Shown: positions 19,630 through 28,588, counted from the first letter of the stretch. The stretch: DNA of 64,000 nucleotides from Bacteroidia bacterium (GCA_039931675.1 JBDTRM010000169.1:993-64992); one strand, 5' to 3'. Numbers and translations are program-made. Notes: generated from the sequence alone by a model not told the origin.

Positions 19630-21633
19630 ATGGAAATTACTGCAACAAGCGCACTTACTTACGACCGTAAAAATTTAAGCAACGAAAATTTACTGCATAT
19701 ATATAAGTCAATTTTAAAACCACGCATGATTGAAGAAAAAATGCTGGTGCTTTTACGACAAGGTAAAATTGCAAAATGGTTTTCAGGCATAGGCCAGGAA
19801 GCAATTGCTGTTGGTGTTGCTTTGGGTATGAACAGTGATGAATACATTTTACCGATGCATCGAAATCTTGGTGTGTTTACTACACGCGGCATTCCGCTCA
19901 ATCGTTTGTTCTCTCAGTTTCAAGGTAAAGCCGGTGGATTTACAAAAGGGCGCGACCGTTCATTTCACTTTGGAACTCAGGAATACAAAATAATAGGAAT
20001 GATTTCGCATCTTGGTCCGCAGCTTGCGTTGGCCGATGGAATTGCACTTGCAAATGTTTTGCGTAATGATGCAAAAGCAACTGCAGTGTTCAGTGGTGAC
20101 GGTGGCACAAGCGAAGGTGATTTTCATGAAGCATTAAATGTAGCTGCTGTGTGGGATTTACCTGTAATATTTGTAATTGAAAATAATGGTTATGGATTAA
20201 GCACTCCGTCAAATGAACAATTCCGTTGCAAACAATTTATTGATAAAGGAATTGGTTACGGTATGGAAGCAGTGCAGGTTGATGGAAATAATGTTCTTGA
20301 AGTTTATACAACAGTAAGCCGTCTTGCTGATTCCATTCGCGAAAACCCGCGACCCATTTTATTAGAGTGCATAACGTTTCGAATGCGTGGTCATGAAGAA
20401 GCATCGGGAACAAAATATATTCCGCAGGAATTGTTTGAAGTATGGGGCAAAAAAGACCCTGTAAAAAATTATGAAGAGTATTTATCAGGAGAAGGGATTT
20501 TAAACGAAGCTAACATAACTGATATACGCTCAACCATTAAACATGAAATAGAAGTAGGGCTCGAAATTACTTTTGCTGAACCATTACCAACAAGCACAAC
20601 AGAACGGGAATTATCTGAAGTGTATGCACCTTTTGATAATCACGCTTTGCAACCTGCCTCACAAAATAAATCAGACAAACGTTTTCTTGATGCACTAACT
20701 GATGGCATGCGACAAGCCATGCAAAAGCATAATAATCTTGTCATTATGGGACAAGACATTGCAGAGTATGGAGGTGTGTTTAAAGCAACTGCAGGTTTTG
20801 TGGAGGAGTTTGGCAAAGGTCGTGTTCGCAACACACCTATATGTGAAAGTGCAATTATTGGTGCAGGTCTGGGATTAAGCATTAACGGTTTCAAAGCAAT
20901 TGTTGAAATGCAGTTTGCCGATTTTGTGACGTGTGGTTTTAACCAGATTATAAATAATCTTGCAAAAACACATTATCGCTGGGGGCAAAATGCAGATGTC
21001 GTAGTGCGAATGCCAACCGGAGCCGCGGTGGGAGCAGGGCCGTTCCATTCCCAAAGCACTGAAACATGGTTTACACAAACCCCCGGGTTAAAAGTTGTTT
21101 ATCCTGCTTTTCCATCTGATGCAAAAGGTTTGTTAGTTGCAGCAATTGAAGATACAAACCCTGTAATGTTTTTTGAGCATAAAGCATTGTATCGTTCCAT
21201 TACAGAATCGGTTTATGATGATTATTATTCAATTGAAATAGGCAAAGCAAAATTAGTAACTGAAGGTGATGACCTCACGATAGTAACTTACGGTCTTGGC
21301 GTACACTGGGCGTTAGATGCATTGAAAAATAATCCCGAAATAAAAGCTGATCTTATTGATCTCAGAACATTATTACCCTGGGATAAGGAAACAGTTTTGA
21401 ACTCTGTAAATAAAACCGGTAAGTGCATTGTGTTGTACGAATGTACTTACACATCAGGCTTCGGTGCCGAGATTGCATCTTACATCAGCGAGCATTGTTT
21501 CATGAATTTAGATGCACCGGTTAAACGTGTTGCAAGTTTGGATACACCTGTGCCAATGAGTGAAGAGTTAGAATCGAACTTCTTACCAAAGAAAAGATTT
21601 GCTGAAGAGTTGGTTAAGCTTTGGAAGTTTTAA
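19630..21633 (+). CDS. Fused E1 alpha/beta subunits of a TPP-dependent 2-oxoacid (branched-chain type) dehydrogenase
   Basis: 667 aa. The N-terminal half carries the alpha-subunit TPP motif (GDGGTSEGDFHEALN...ENNGYG). The C-terminal half is beta-subunit-like (VRNTPICESAIIG...FEHKALYR). Confidence 0.9.
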   Translation: MEITATSALTYDRKNLSNENLLHIYKSILKPRMIEEKMLVLLRQGKIAKWFSGIGQEAIAVGVALGMNSDEYILPMHRNLGVFTTRGIPLNRLFSQFQGKAGGFTKGRDRSFHFGTQEYKIIGMISHLGPQLALADGIALANVLRNDAKATAVFSGDGGTSEGDFHEALNVAAVWDLPVIFVIENNGYGLSTPSNEQFRCKQFIDKGIGYGMEAVQVDGNNVLEVYTTVSRLADSIRENPRPILLECITFRMRGHEEASGTKYIPQELFEVWGKKDPVKNYEEYLSGEGILNEANITDIRSTIKHEIEVGLEITFAEPLPTSTTERELSEVYAPFDNHALQPASQNKSDKRFLDALTDGMRQAMQKHNNLVIMGQDIAEYGGVFKATAGFVEEFGKGRVRNTPICESAIIGAGLGLSINGFKAIVEMQFADFVTCGFNQIINNLAKTHYRWGQNADVVVRMPTGAAVGAGPFHSQSTETWFTQTPGLKVVYPAFPSDAKGLLVAAIEDTNPVMFFEHKALYRSITESVYDDYYSIEIGKAKLVTEGDDLTIVTYGLGVHWALDALKNNPEIKADLIDLRTLLPWDKETVLNSVNKTGKCIVLYECTYTSGFGAEIASYISEHCFMNLDAPVKRVASLDTPVPMSEELESNFLPKKRFAEELVKLWKF

Positions 21634-21693
21634 GACTTCTTACTAAACCACAATTTATTTATTTAAGATTTTCCTTTATGTATTATCTCGGCA

Positions 21694-21746
21694 AAGCCCT
21701 CCGAGGGTTAGGCAGCCGCGCGGGCTGGCAAACCCTCGGAGGGCTT
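21694..21746 (+). terminator. GC-rich nested palindrome downstream of the E1 gene (terminator or REP-like element)
   Basis: Perfect 16-bp arms AAGCCCTCCGAGGGTT and AACCCTCGGAGGGCTT enclose a second small CAGCC/GGCTG stem. No clear T-run. Confidence 0.45.
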
Positions 21747-21812
21747 AGGGCGCGTTGAAAATAAAAACACTTTTCCACCGTTATTCAATCAACATTAAAA
21801 CAAAAATCCTCT

Positions 21813-22421
21813 ATGAATCTCAAATCAATTCTAACCGTTGTCTTTTTATCTCTATTCAATTTTCTTTTTGCACAGGAAATCAGTAAACTAAAAACCGGTG
21901 ATATAATTTTTCAGACTTCACATTCAAAAACGGCTGCTGCTATTGAATTAGCAACCCATTCAAAATTTTCGCATGTGGGTATGGTGCTTAATGATAATGG
22001 AAAATTATATGTTCTCGAAGCAGTGCAGCCTGTGAGTATAACTCCCATTCAGGAATTTATTGAACGCGGTGAGAAAAGTTATTACGAAGTAAAGCGTTTA
22101 AAAAATGCCGATGAAAAATTCACACCTCAACTGCAACAACAACTCATCAAAAAAGGAAAAACATTTAAAGGACTTAACTATGATTTTGCTTTTAGCTGGA
22201 ATGATAATGAATTGTATTGCTCTGAACTTGTTTATAAAATGTATAAAGAGATTTTGAATACAGAACTTGCAAAACCAAAGGCATTAAAAACTTTTGACCT
22301 TTCCTCCAAACCGGTTCAAGAACAATTGGCTTTAAAGTATGGAAAAAATATTCCTTACAATGAACTCATGATCTCACCTCAACAGATTTACAAATCACCG
22401 TTATTAGTTTTTGTGAAGTAA
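21813..22421 (+). CDS. yiiX: YiiX/YaeF-family permuted papain-like (C92) hydrolase
   Basis: GDIIFQTSHSKTAAAIELATHSKFSHVGMV, YDFAFSWNDNELYCSELVYKMY and KYGKNIPYNELMISPQQIY resemble E. coli YiiX, compared from memory. Confidence 0.8.
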   Translation: MNLKSILTVVFLSLFNFLFAQEISKLKTGDIIFQTSHSKTAAAIELATHSKFSHVGMVLNDNGKLYVLEAVQPVSITPIQEFIERGEKSYYEVKRLKNADEKFTPQLQQQLIKKGKTFKGLNYDFAFSWNDNELYCSELVYKMYKEILNTELAKPKALKTFDLSSKPVQEQLALKYGKNIPYNELMISPQQIYKSPLLVFVK

Positions 22422-22497
22422 TAAGGCACTTTTATTTTTTTTGTTAGCGCAATGTTATATGGCAATTGTTATTTTGCAGAAAATATTTATAAGCAGC

Positions 22498-22944
22498 ATG
22501 AAGTTAAAACCCATACTTTATTACGTTTCAGTTTTCATCGTGATCATGGGATTTGTGCAATTTATTATCGCACTCATTGATGGGAAAAAAATACTGATGC
22601 TGAATAGCAGGGGCGAAAAGGTACAAGGCATTATCATTGATAAATTTATTCAGGAACGTTTCCAGGGACCTGAAACAGGTTACAGGTTGCATTTCTTCAA
22701 TGACTCCCTGGATACTTTATATGGCAACCATTTTTTCAAAAGCTACAATGATAAGTATAACCAGGGCGATACACTTTGTGTTTTGCATTATGCACCAAAC
22801 CCTGACCTTTCAAGGCTTTGCGGTTTCCGCGATGCATATAGCGATGGTCTTGCTAACCTCGCGATTAGCATAGCCTTATTAATAGCCGGGTGGATTGGCA
22901 TCAAAAAATATGCATTGATCATGAGGTATCTTAAAGGTCAATGA
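22498..22944 (+). CDS. Membrane protein with DUF3592-like architecture
   Basis: TM, then a beta-rich middle (GEKVQGIIIDKF...), then a C-terminal TM. Start placed at ATG 22498 rather than the TTG at 22441. Confidence 0.55.
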   Translation: MKLKPILYYVSVFIVIMGFVQFIIALIDGKKILMLNSRGEKVQGIIIDKFIQERFQGPETGYRLHFFNDSLDTLYGNHFFKSYNDKYNQGDTLCVLHYAPNPDLSRLCGFRDAYSDGLANLAISIALLIAGWIGIKKYALIMRYLKGQ

Positions 22945-23049
22945 TTCCGATGATTCAGATAAGTACGAAGAATTTTAAACACTCAAATTAAACTGGTGAA
23001 TTTTAAAATCGAATAAGAAAAACATCTTCAACTCTTAAATAAAACCATC

Positions 23050-23535
23050 ATGAAATCGAATGCTTATTTATTAATCACAACACTTATTATAGTATGTTGC
23101 TCTTCATGCTCCACAACTATTTATCTTGTTCGTCATGCTGAGAAAGTTGACAATAGCACCAACTCCCCGCTTTCAGCTACCGGTCTTCAACATGCCAATG
23201 TGCTGCGCGATACTTTAATGAATAAAAGTATTGATACTATTTTTGCTTCCACCTTTCTTCGTACACAACAAACTGCACAACCGCTTTCCACCGCAATTAA
23301 TAAGAGTATGGTTATTTATAATAAAGATACCTCTATACAATTTGTAAATTCAATAAGAAACCTGAGAGGGAAAGACATACTTGTTGTTGGCCACTCAGAT
23401 AATATTCCGCAAATGGTAATTACGCTTACTGATTCCATTGTTGAAATACCCGACAGTGTTTTTAATACAATGTTTATCGTTAAAATAAAAAGATTTCCTT
23501 CGAAGAGAATCACCCTTATTAAAACAACTTATTGA
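23050..23535 (+). CDS. Histidine phosphatase (phosphoglycerate-mutase-like/SixA-like) family protein
   Basis: Signal/lipobox CCSSCS, then IYLVRHAEK (RHxE catalytic motif) and VVGHSDNIP. Confidence 0.8.
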   Translation: MKSNAYLLITTLIIVCCSSCSTTIYLVRHAEKVDNSTNSPLSATGLQHANVLRDTLMNKSIDTIFASTFLRTQQTAQPLSTAINKSMVIYNKDTSIQFVNSIRNLRGKDILVVGHSDNIPQMVITLTDSIVEIPDSVFNTMFIVKIKRFPSKRITLIKTTY

Positions 23536-23940
23536 ATTACTTTTTAGTTTATATGATATACAGAGTTGATAAAGGGTATGCGAAGGAAATTTTCACGTCA
23601 ACTATTTTCACAGCTATTTAATCATTCGGTAAGATTAATAACATGTTGGCATTGTTGCTTTGTCGCAAATTAAAAAGCATCAAAAAGCCACTCCCCGTAT
23701 TTCTATTTACTTCAATCATTACGTCCACAACAATTATTCTGATCAATTATTAAAAGTTGCCATTATTTAAATTCAAGCCATTCTTGCGGAGGGAGTGGCT
23801 TGCTTTTTTACCGCAAAAAAAATTAATCTCGCTTTGAATCAATCACTAAAACCATGAAGTAATTATTTTACCTGGCAAATCAGCTTTCGTAAAGTTGAAC
23901 TCCGATAACTATCGCGTGTTTCCAAAAACACCTTGACGGT

Positions 23941-23989
23941 TGACAAATTCCAAATTTCAAATTTCAAATTTCAAAAGTCTCCATTCAAC
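23941..23989. repeat. Direct repeat copy 1 (TGACAAATTCC + heptamer TCAAATT run) flanking the SEC-C gene
   Basis: TGACAAATTCCAAATTTCAAATTTCAAATTTCAAAAGTCTCCATTCAACC. The first 35 nt match 25890-25924 with one mismatch. Confidence 0.6.
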
Positions 23990-25684
23990 CTAATCATTCA
24001 CCCCATGGCACTTTTTATATTTTTTGCCGCTGCCACAGGGGCAAGGATCATTGCGGTTTATTTTTTCTGAAACGGCTTGCTTTTGTTCAGTATAACTAAG
24101 TGATTTGTATCCATCATTTTTCACTTCTTCGTAATCATCAAAACTTGTAGGGAGCAAAGTCCTGCTATCTTCTTCTTCCAAATCACCAAATCCATTTCTA
24201 AACACATTATCATTTTCATCATCTATATCTTTCTGATCTTCCTTATATCCTGCCCATGATTCAACAACATCATTATATAATTCATAGATGTTATATAATT
24301 CCATTCCTTCTTCAGGTTTTCCGTTTAGTTTAAATTCTTCTACTATATCATTATAATCTCTGCTAACCCAAACATCAATATAATCTTTTTCAAAAAGTGG
24401 CTTTATCAGGGGCAGCAGTTCCGGCAAATAACATTCAACAACATCGCTCACAGCAAAACTTATAAATTCTGTATCAACAATGTTATCGTCAGGCGTAGCC
24501 TCATTAAAAACATTAAACACCTCTTTATAAATCTCAATTATTTCATTTCTCTTTTCGGGATGATGAATTACCATTTGGCACAATGCTATTGAAACAGGAG
24601 TTTTACCATGATAATGCAAACCTGGTTTTAACAAATGTTTCTTAAAAGCATTTAAGCTATCAAATCCCAAAGAATACAATGCCTGCCAAAGTGTTTCGTG
24701 AATATGATCACGAAGCCAGAAATTTAAAAAGTCACCATCATTTTCAAGGAAAGATAAAATCAACTGCAAACTCTCTGTTGCATTTATTTCTTTTAATATA
24801 AAAAAGGCATGTATAGGAAAAGCTACTTCACCAGATGTGAATTTGCCGTTATTAAAATATTGAAATCTGTCTTCAGCATCAAGCAACATTTTTTCTAAAT
24901 CTGAAATTAATGTTTGTCGTGGTAATGCTATGATCTCCTTTAGTATTTCGTGTGGAATAATCAAATCATTATAATACAGATGGCTGATTGCATCGTGATT
25001 AAACATCGGTTTAGCGCTGTTTAAACTTGTCGGTAATTTTTTATTTATAACCGGGTTAATTATAAATTCGCCATAACCATCATCATCCAATGACCATTTT
25101 TTTAAGTTTGCTTTATGCCTGGCCTCAATAACTGCCCGCTCAGAAAATATTGTATGCTGATGATCGGGGGCTATTTTTTGTAAGAGCTTTAACCTGTTAT
25201 CGGCAAGTTCAAAATTGCCAATAGCACAATAATAATAAATGACAACCTGGTAAAAAGCAGTTATTTCCGCCAGCAGAAATACATCTCTACCGGGATACAG
25301 TGATTTCAAATCCATCATCTCACCTAATATCAAAGGCACTTTTTCAGTTTCACCTTTAACGATATATTCGCTTGCAAGGTTAATTTTACCGAATAAATAA
25401 TCAGGATGTTCAGCAATCACCTGGTGATTTATTTCGAATGCTTTTTCTTTGTTGTCCTGTGTAATATAGGCAACAGAAAGAAAGTTTTTTAATTGAGGCA
25501 CCTGAGGATATTTTTCAATAAGAGCAATAAGTTTATCAATTATCTTTTTATTTCCTCTATCGGCACATGCTTTCTGCAACTTATTAAATTGCTTTGAAAC
25601 CCAGGGTGGGATATTATATTTTTCATTTAGAAATTCAGTGTTGGTGATAATTTTATACTCTGATACAACTAATTCCGAAGTCAT
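23990..25684 (-). CDS. SEC-C metal-binding-motif protein with TPR-like N-terminal region
   Basis: 564 aa. C-terminal NDPCPCGSGKKYKKCHG is a canonical SEC-C motif. Confidence 0.85.
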   Translation of the reverse strand: MTSELVVSEYKIITNTEFLNEKYNIPPWVSKQFNKLQKACADRGNKKIIDKLIALIEKYPQVPQLKNFLSVAYITQDNKEKAFEINHQVIAEHPDYLFGKINLASEYIVKGETEKVPLILGEMMDLKSLYPGRDVFLLAEITAFYQVVIYYYCAIGNFELADNRLKLLQKIAPDHQHTIFSERAVIEARHKANLKKWSLDDDGYGEFIINPVINKKLPTSLNSAKPMFNHDAISHLYYNDLIIPHEILKEIIALPRQTLISDLEKMLLDAEDRFQYFNNGKFTSGEVAFPIHAFFILKEINATESLQLILSFLENDGDFLNFWLRDHIHETLWQALYSLGFDSLNAFKKHLLKPGLHYHGKTPVSIALCQMVIHHPEKRNEIIEIYKEVFNVFNEATPDDNIVDTEFISFAVSDVVECYLPELLPLIKPLFEKDYIDVWVSRDYNDIVEEFKLNGKPEEGMELYNIYELYNDVVESWAGYKEDQKDIDDENDNVFRNGFGDLEEEDSRTLLPTSFDDYEEVKNDGYKSLSYTEQKQAVSEKINRNDPCPCGSGKKYKKCHGVND

Positions 25685-25889
25685 GTTTTTAAATTTTTAT
25701 ATAATAGTTTATGGAATGTTTTAGCGTTGAGCAATCGGGGTAACAAATTAAATAACTATGCAAACAGAAAATGCATAACATCAAAATATTTATTAACGGG
25801 AAATCGGTGTAGTGATTTCGGTTTGCTTCCGTTAAAACTTTCGGAAAGTTGATCCCGAACCATCGGGATTCCGAAAGTATTGGTTCGGG

Positions 25890-25936
25890 TGACAAATTCC
25901 AAATTTCTAATTTCAAATTTCAAATTTCCATCAACC
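25890..25936. repeat. Direct repeat copy 2
   Basis: TGACAAATTCCAAATTTCTAATTTCAAATTTCAAATTTCCATCAACC, about 205 nt upstream of the SEC-C start codon. Confidence 0.6.
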
Positions 25937-26197
25937 AAATTAAACCACCTTAAAATCAATCACTTACATCCTTAAGATTCTTTTTACTTGACAAGTGCAT
26001 TTTTACACCATTATATTTAGCCAACAATTATAAAACCCAAAATAAAAGCGACCCTTAATTTTAAAAACCAGATAACTGCCTACAGCCATCGTTATTAATC
26101 ACTCCAGATACTAAAGCGTAACCATTACGGCAGGTCATTCAACAGTTTTTTAAATTAACACTTCAGGGGTTGTTTGCTTAACCGTCAACGCTGCTTT

Positions 26198-26434
26198 ATG
26201 TCAGACGAAAACCGCGAAAAGTATTTAGACATCATTAACACCATTGGCGCAGCCAAAGTGGATGAACTTTATAACAAGCTCGGCACTGAGAGAATCAGCA
26301 TGGCCACGCTTAAAAAAATAATAGCGCAAAATTATATTGATGGTGCTCTCAGAGCAAAGAGATCAGTGGCAAATGTTGCTGCCGACCGCGGTGTGTCGCG
26401 CCTGACTGTTTATCGGGTTATTCATAAAAAGTAA
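26198..26434 (+). CDS. Small helix-turn-helix protein (resolvase/Hin-type C-terminal HTH)
   Basis: 78 aa from ATG 26198. C-terminal AADRGVSRLTVYRVIHKK is a typical HTH recognition-helix pattern. Confidence 0.6.
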   Translation: MSDENREKYLDIINTIGAAKVDELYNKLGTERISMATLKKIIAQNYIDGALRAKRSVANVAADRGVSRLTVYRVIHKK

Positions 26435-26491
26435 AAGGAGTGAAAATGGTGACAATATAAATTATTTCAACAAGAATACAATCAATAGCTG

Positions 26492-27235
26492 ATGTCCGAA
26501 GAAAAATTAAAAATTGTAATTGATATAGTAAAATGGATTATCGGATCTGTGGTGCTTGTAATAGTTACCACAATTATTGATACAGGTTTCAAGGAGCGCG
26601 AAATGGCTATTAAAGAGATGGCGAAGTTTGACTCGTATATTGACATGGTTACTTCTGCTGATAAACTTGTAGAGCGAAAACGGTTGGCGCAGTTTTTCAA
26701 AACTATGACCATTTCCAAAGATGTGCAGGCGCGATGGAGCGATTATTATGAAATTGTGAGTAAAGAATACGATGATACCCTTGCTGTAAGAGTTGCAAAA
26801 CAAGACACGCTTAATTTATTGCTCAAAAAACCCATGAAGAATGAAACCGACTCACAAAAAATTCAACAGATTCAGCAGGATATTAATGGATTAAATTATC
26901 AGCTTATTTCCAACATCAGCCCTACCAATGCTGTACAGATTAAAAATATAAACATTGCTACAGCCCATGAACAGGTAGGTTATGAAGCACTGAAAGATGG
27001 CGACTTTAAAACCGCTGCCGATAATTTTAAAGCTGCCGAGGATAATTATCCAACGCTACATAACAACTATGAACTATCAAGACTGCTTGCTAAAAAATCG
27101 GATGAGTTGAGCAAAGCTGTTACTGAAGAAGAGAAACAAAATATACTCGCTGCAACCTATGATACCATCCTGAAAAATTACACCTATAAGATGCCTCTTG
27201 ATGTTAAACAAAATTTAAAAAGAAAAATAAAATAA
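26492..27235 (+). CDS. Membrane-anchored hypothetical protein (N-terminal TM, helical/TPR-like C-terminal half)
   Basis: 247 aa. TM segment WIIGSVVLVIVTTIIDTGF. No family recognised. Confidence 0.65.
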   Translation: MSEEKLKIVIDIVKWIIGSVVLVIVTTIIDTGFKEREMAIKEMAKFDSYIDMVTSADKLVERKRLAQFFKTMTISKDVQARWSDYYEIVSKEYDDTLAVRVAKQDTLNLLLKKPMKNETDSQKIQQIQQDINGLNYQLISNISPTNAVQIKNINIATAHEQVGYEALKDGDFKTAADNFKAAEDNYPTLHNNYELSRLLAKKSDELSKAVTEEEKQNILAATYDTILKNYTYKMPLDVKQNLKRKIK

Positions 27236-27269
27236 ACGGGGGAAGCCGAAAATCCGAACAAGAGTAGGC
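27236..27269 (+). promoter_or_regulatory. Conserved 34-nt leader motif, copy A (function unknown)
   Basis: ACGGGGGAAGCCGAAAATCCGAACAAGAGTAGGC. Starts right after the preceding stop codon and ends 16 nt before ATG 27286. Confidence 0.55.
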
Positions 27270-27285
27270 AACAAAATTATTCAAA

Positions 27286-27783
27286 ATGACAGAAGCAGAT
27301 CGTAACAAACGCAACACAACTAAGCTCGCTGAGCTTTATCCCACTTTCAAAGCACGACTGATGAGAGTAATTCAAAAATTAGAAGCTTCAGGCCTGCGTC
27401 CCCGCATACAGGATGCATGGCGGTCGCCACAGGACCAGTTAAACGCCTTTAACACCGGCCACTCCAAGCTCAAATTCGGTTTTCATAATGTAACCGGTGC
27501 TGATGGTGTGAGCAAAGAATCGCTCGCAGTTGACATGCTGGACGATGATCACCCGCTCAACTCAGCCTTACCCTATTTATTGCAATTGGCAGCAGCAGCC
27601 GAAGCAAACGGATTAGCCACAGGCATACGCTGGGGGTTACCCGTTGATATGCGCACAGCAATAGATAATGCGATAGCTGCAAAAAACTGGACTGCTCCAG
27701 TCAAAATAGGTTGGGATCCAACGCATGTTGAGCCGGCAGGAATGACAGCAGCCCAGGCAAAAACGGGAGCGAGGCCGGCTTAA
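27286..27783 (+). CDS. M15-family (VanY/endolysin-like) zinc D,D- or L,D-peptidase
   Basis: 165 aa. RIQDAWRSPQDQ, FGFHNV...SLAVDM and WDPTHVE fit the M15 H-D-H zinc ligand layout. Noticeably more G+C-rich than its neighbours by eye. Confidence 0.7.
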   Translation: MTEADRNKRNTTKLAELYPTFKARLMRVIQKLEASGLRPRIQDAWRSPQDQLNAFNTGHSKLKFGFHNVTGADGVSKESLAVDMLDDDHPLNSALPYLLQLAAAAEANGLATGIRWGLPVDMRTAIDNAIAAKNWTAPVKIGWDPTHVEPAGMTAAQAKTGARPA

Positions 27784-27855
27784 AGGCATTTCCGGAAATT
27801 CAATTTGTTTCGTGAATAATGAAATAAGTTTTTTTATTAAAGTTTAAGATTGTAG

Positions 27856-27893
27856 CAAAAATGAAAAAAATGATATAAACATGTTTTTCATTT
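27856..27893. promoter_or_regulatory. Inverted repeat AAATGAAAAA / TTTTTCATTT related to the boxes at 28461 and 34903
   Basis: 10-bp arms at 27859-27868 and 27884-27893. The right arm contains TTCATTTG, which partly resembles the Bacteroidetes -7 promoter box TAnnTTTG. Confidence 0.4.
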
Positions 27894-28051
27894 GGCAACG
27901 GAATAACGATGGAAAACGCTTCCGGTTTTATTTAAAAGTTACAAAATGACAAACCGGATTCATTTCAATTAATGCCACATTCTTTACAATACTGCTGGAT
28001 TCTAATTCGTGATTGACATCGCTTATGCAACAGGGTAAATTTGATTTAACA

Positions 28052-28389
28052 TAATCACCTATGCTATATACAATCCATAAAGTGTTATTCCTTCTGTCAT
28101 TATTGCAAATAGCAAATCATAAGGTGATAATAACACTATCGCTTTTGTTATTCCCAAATCATATTATGTTTTCCTCGATGCCAATGTTGCTAAGTACAAA
28201 TTACATTGTCTTATTCTCGCTGCCAACATTGATAGGCACAAATTACATTGTGTTATCCTCACAGTCAATCTTGCTTAGCACAAAATCAGTCATGTTGTTG
28301 ATTCAGGCAGTTTTGCTAAACGCATTTTCCCGGCTGTTAAGCTCTCACAGTACTTTACAAAGCAGGCTTGCAGAATTGATATAGCCTCT
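28052..28389. repeat. Degenerate tandem array, about 8 units of 42 bp
   Basis: Units start at 28052, 28094, 28136, 28178, 28220, 28262 (44 bp), 28306 and 28348. The best pair (28178 vs 28220) matches at 33 of 42 positions, with core ACAAATTACATTGTNTTATYCTC. Confidence 0.6.
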
Positions 28390-28460
28390 TCCATTTTTGT
28401 CATAGTCAATCATTAACCTGTTCCATAATTCTCAAAGTAAAATCATTCAAAAAAAATATG

Positions 28461-28509
28461 TTAATGTCACAAAAATGAAAGTTTTGTTACAAATTATGAT
28501 TTTCATTTG
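28461..28509. promoter_or_regulatory. 21-nt box TTAATGTCACAAAAATGAAAG plus inverted partner TTTCATTTG
   Basis: The box is identical to 34903-34923. AAATGAAA (28473-28480) pairs with TTTCATTT (28501-28508). Lies 24 nt upstream of leader motif B. Confidence 0.45.
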
Positions 28510-28532
28510 ACTGATAATAAATAACAATATAA

Positions 28533-28566
28533 ACGGAGCTAGCCGAAAATCCGTGGAAGAGTAGGC
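28533..28566 (+). promoter_or_regulatory. Conserved 34-nt leader motif, copy B
   Basis: ACGGAGCTAGCCGAAAATCCGTGGAAGAGTAGGC. Ends 22 nt before ATG 28589. Confidence 0.55.
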
Positions 28567-28588
28567 TGTTAAATTAAATGAATAAAAA

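Noticed and set aside
23680-23815. Distant inverted repeat AAGCCACTCCC ... GGGAGTGGCTT (~97-nt spacer) followed by a T-run, considered as a possible small RNA
   Set aside because: There is only one 11-bp stem with a very long loop, and no supporting conservation is available in this window. This is too weak to call.
25689-25959. 75-aa and 67-aa minus-strand ORFs upstream of the SEC-C gene
   Set aside because: They overlap the direct-repeat/heptamer region and each other, and have no recognisable protein features. They are most likely promoter or leader DNA.
27236-27269. Interpreting the 34-nt leader motif as a structured riboswitch-like RNA
   Set aside because: Only a 3-bp GGA/TCC pairing is shared by all three copies, and the variable positions do not covary. 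A DNA-level role as promoter or operator seems more likely, and the question is left open in the findings.
28061-28384. 107-aa ORF (MLYTIHKVLFLLSLL...) from the ORF track
   Set aside because: It coincides exactly with the 42-bp tandem array. The Leu/Ser-rich 14-aa periodic product looks like a by-product of a stop-free repeat unit, and no convincing start context or family was found. It is kept as a repeat, with coding noted only as a minor alternative.
28052-28389. CRISPR array, or type III toxin-antitoxin (ToxI-like) RNA, as an interpretation of the 42-bp array
   Set aside because: It is not CRISPR, because the units are contiguous and degenerate with no unique spacers, and no cas genes are present. 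ToxIN-like is not adopted because the repeats are far from identical and the downstream gene is a 468-aa TM protease rather than a ToxN/AbiQ-type RNase. It is mentioned only as an analogy.
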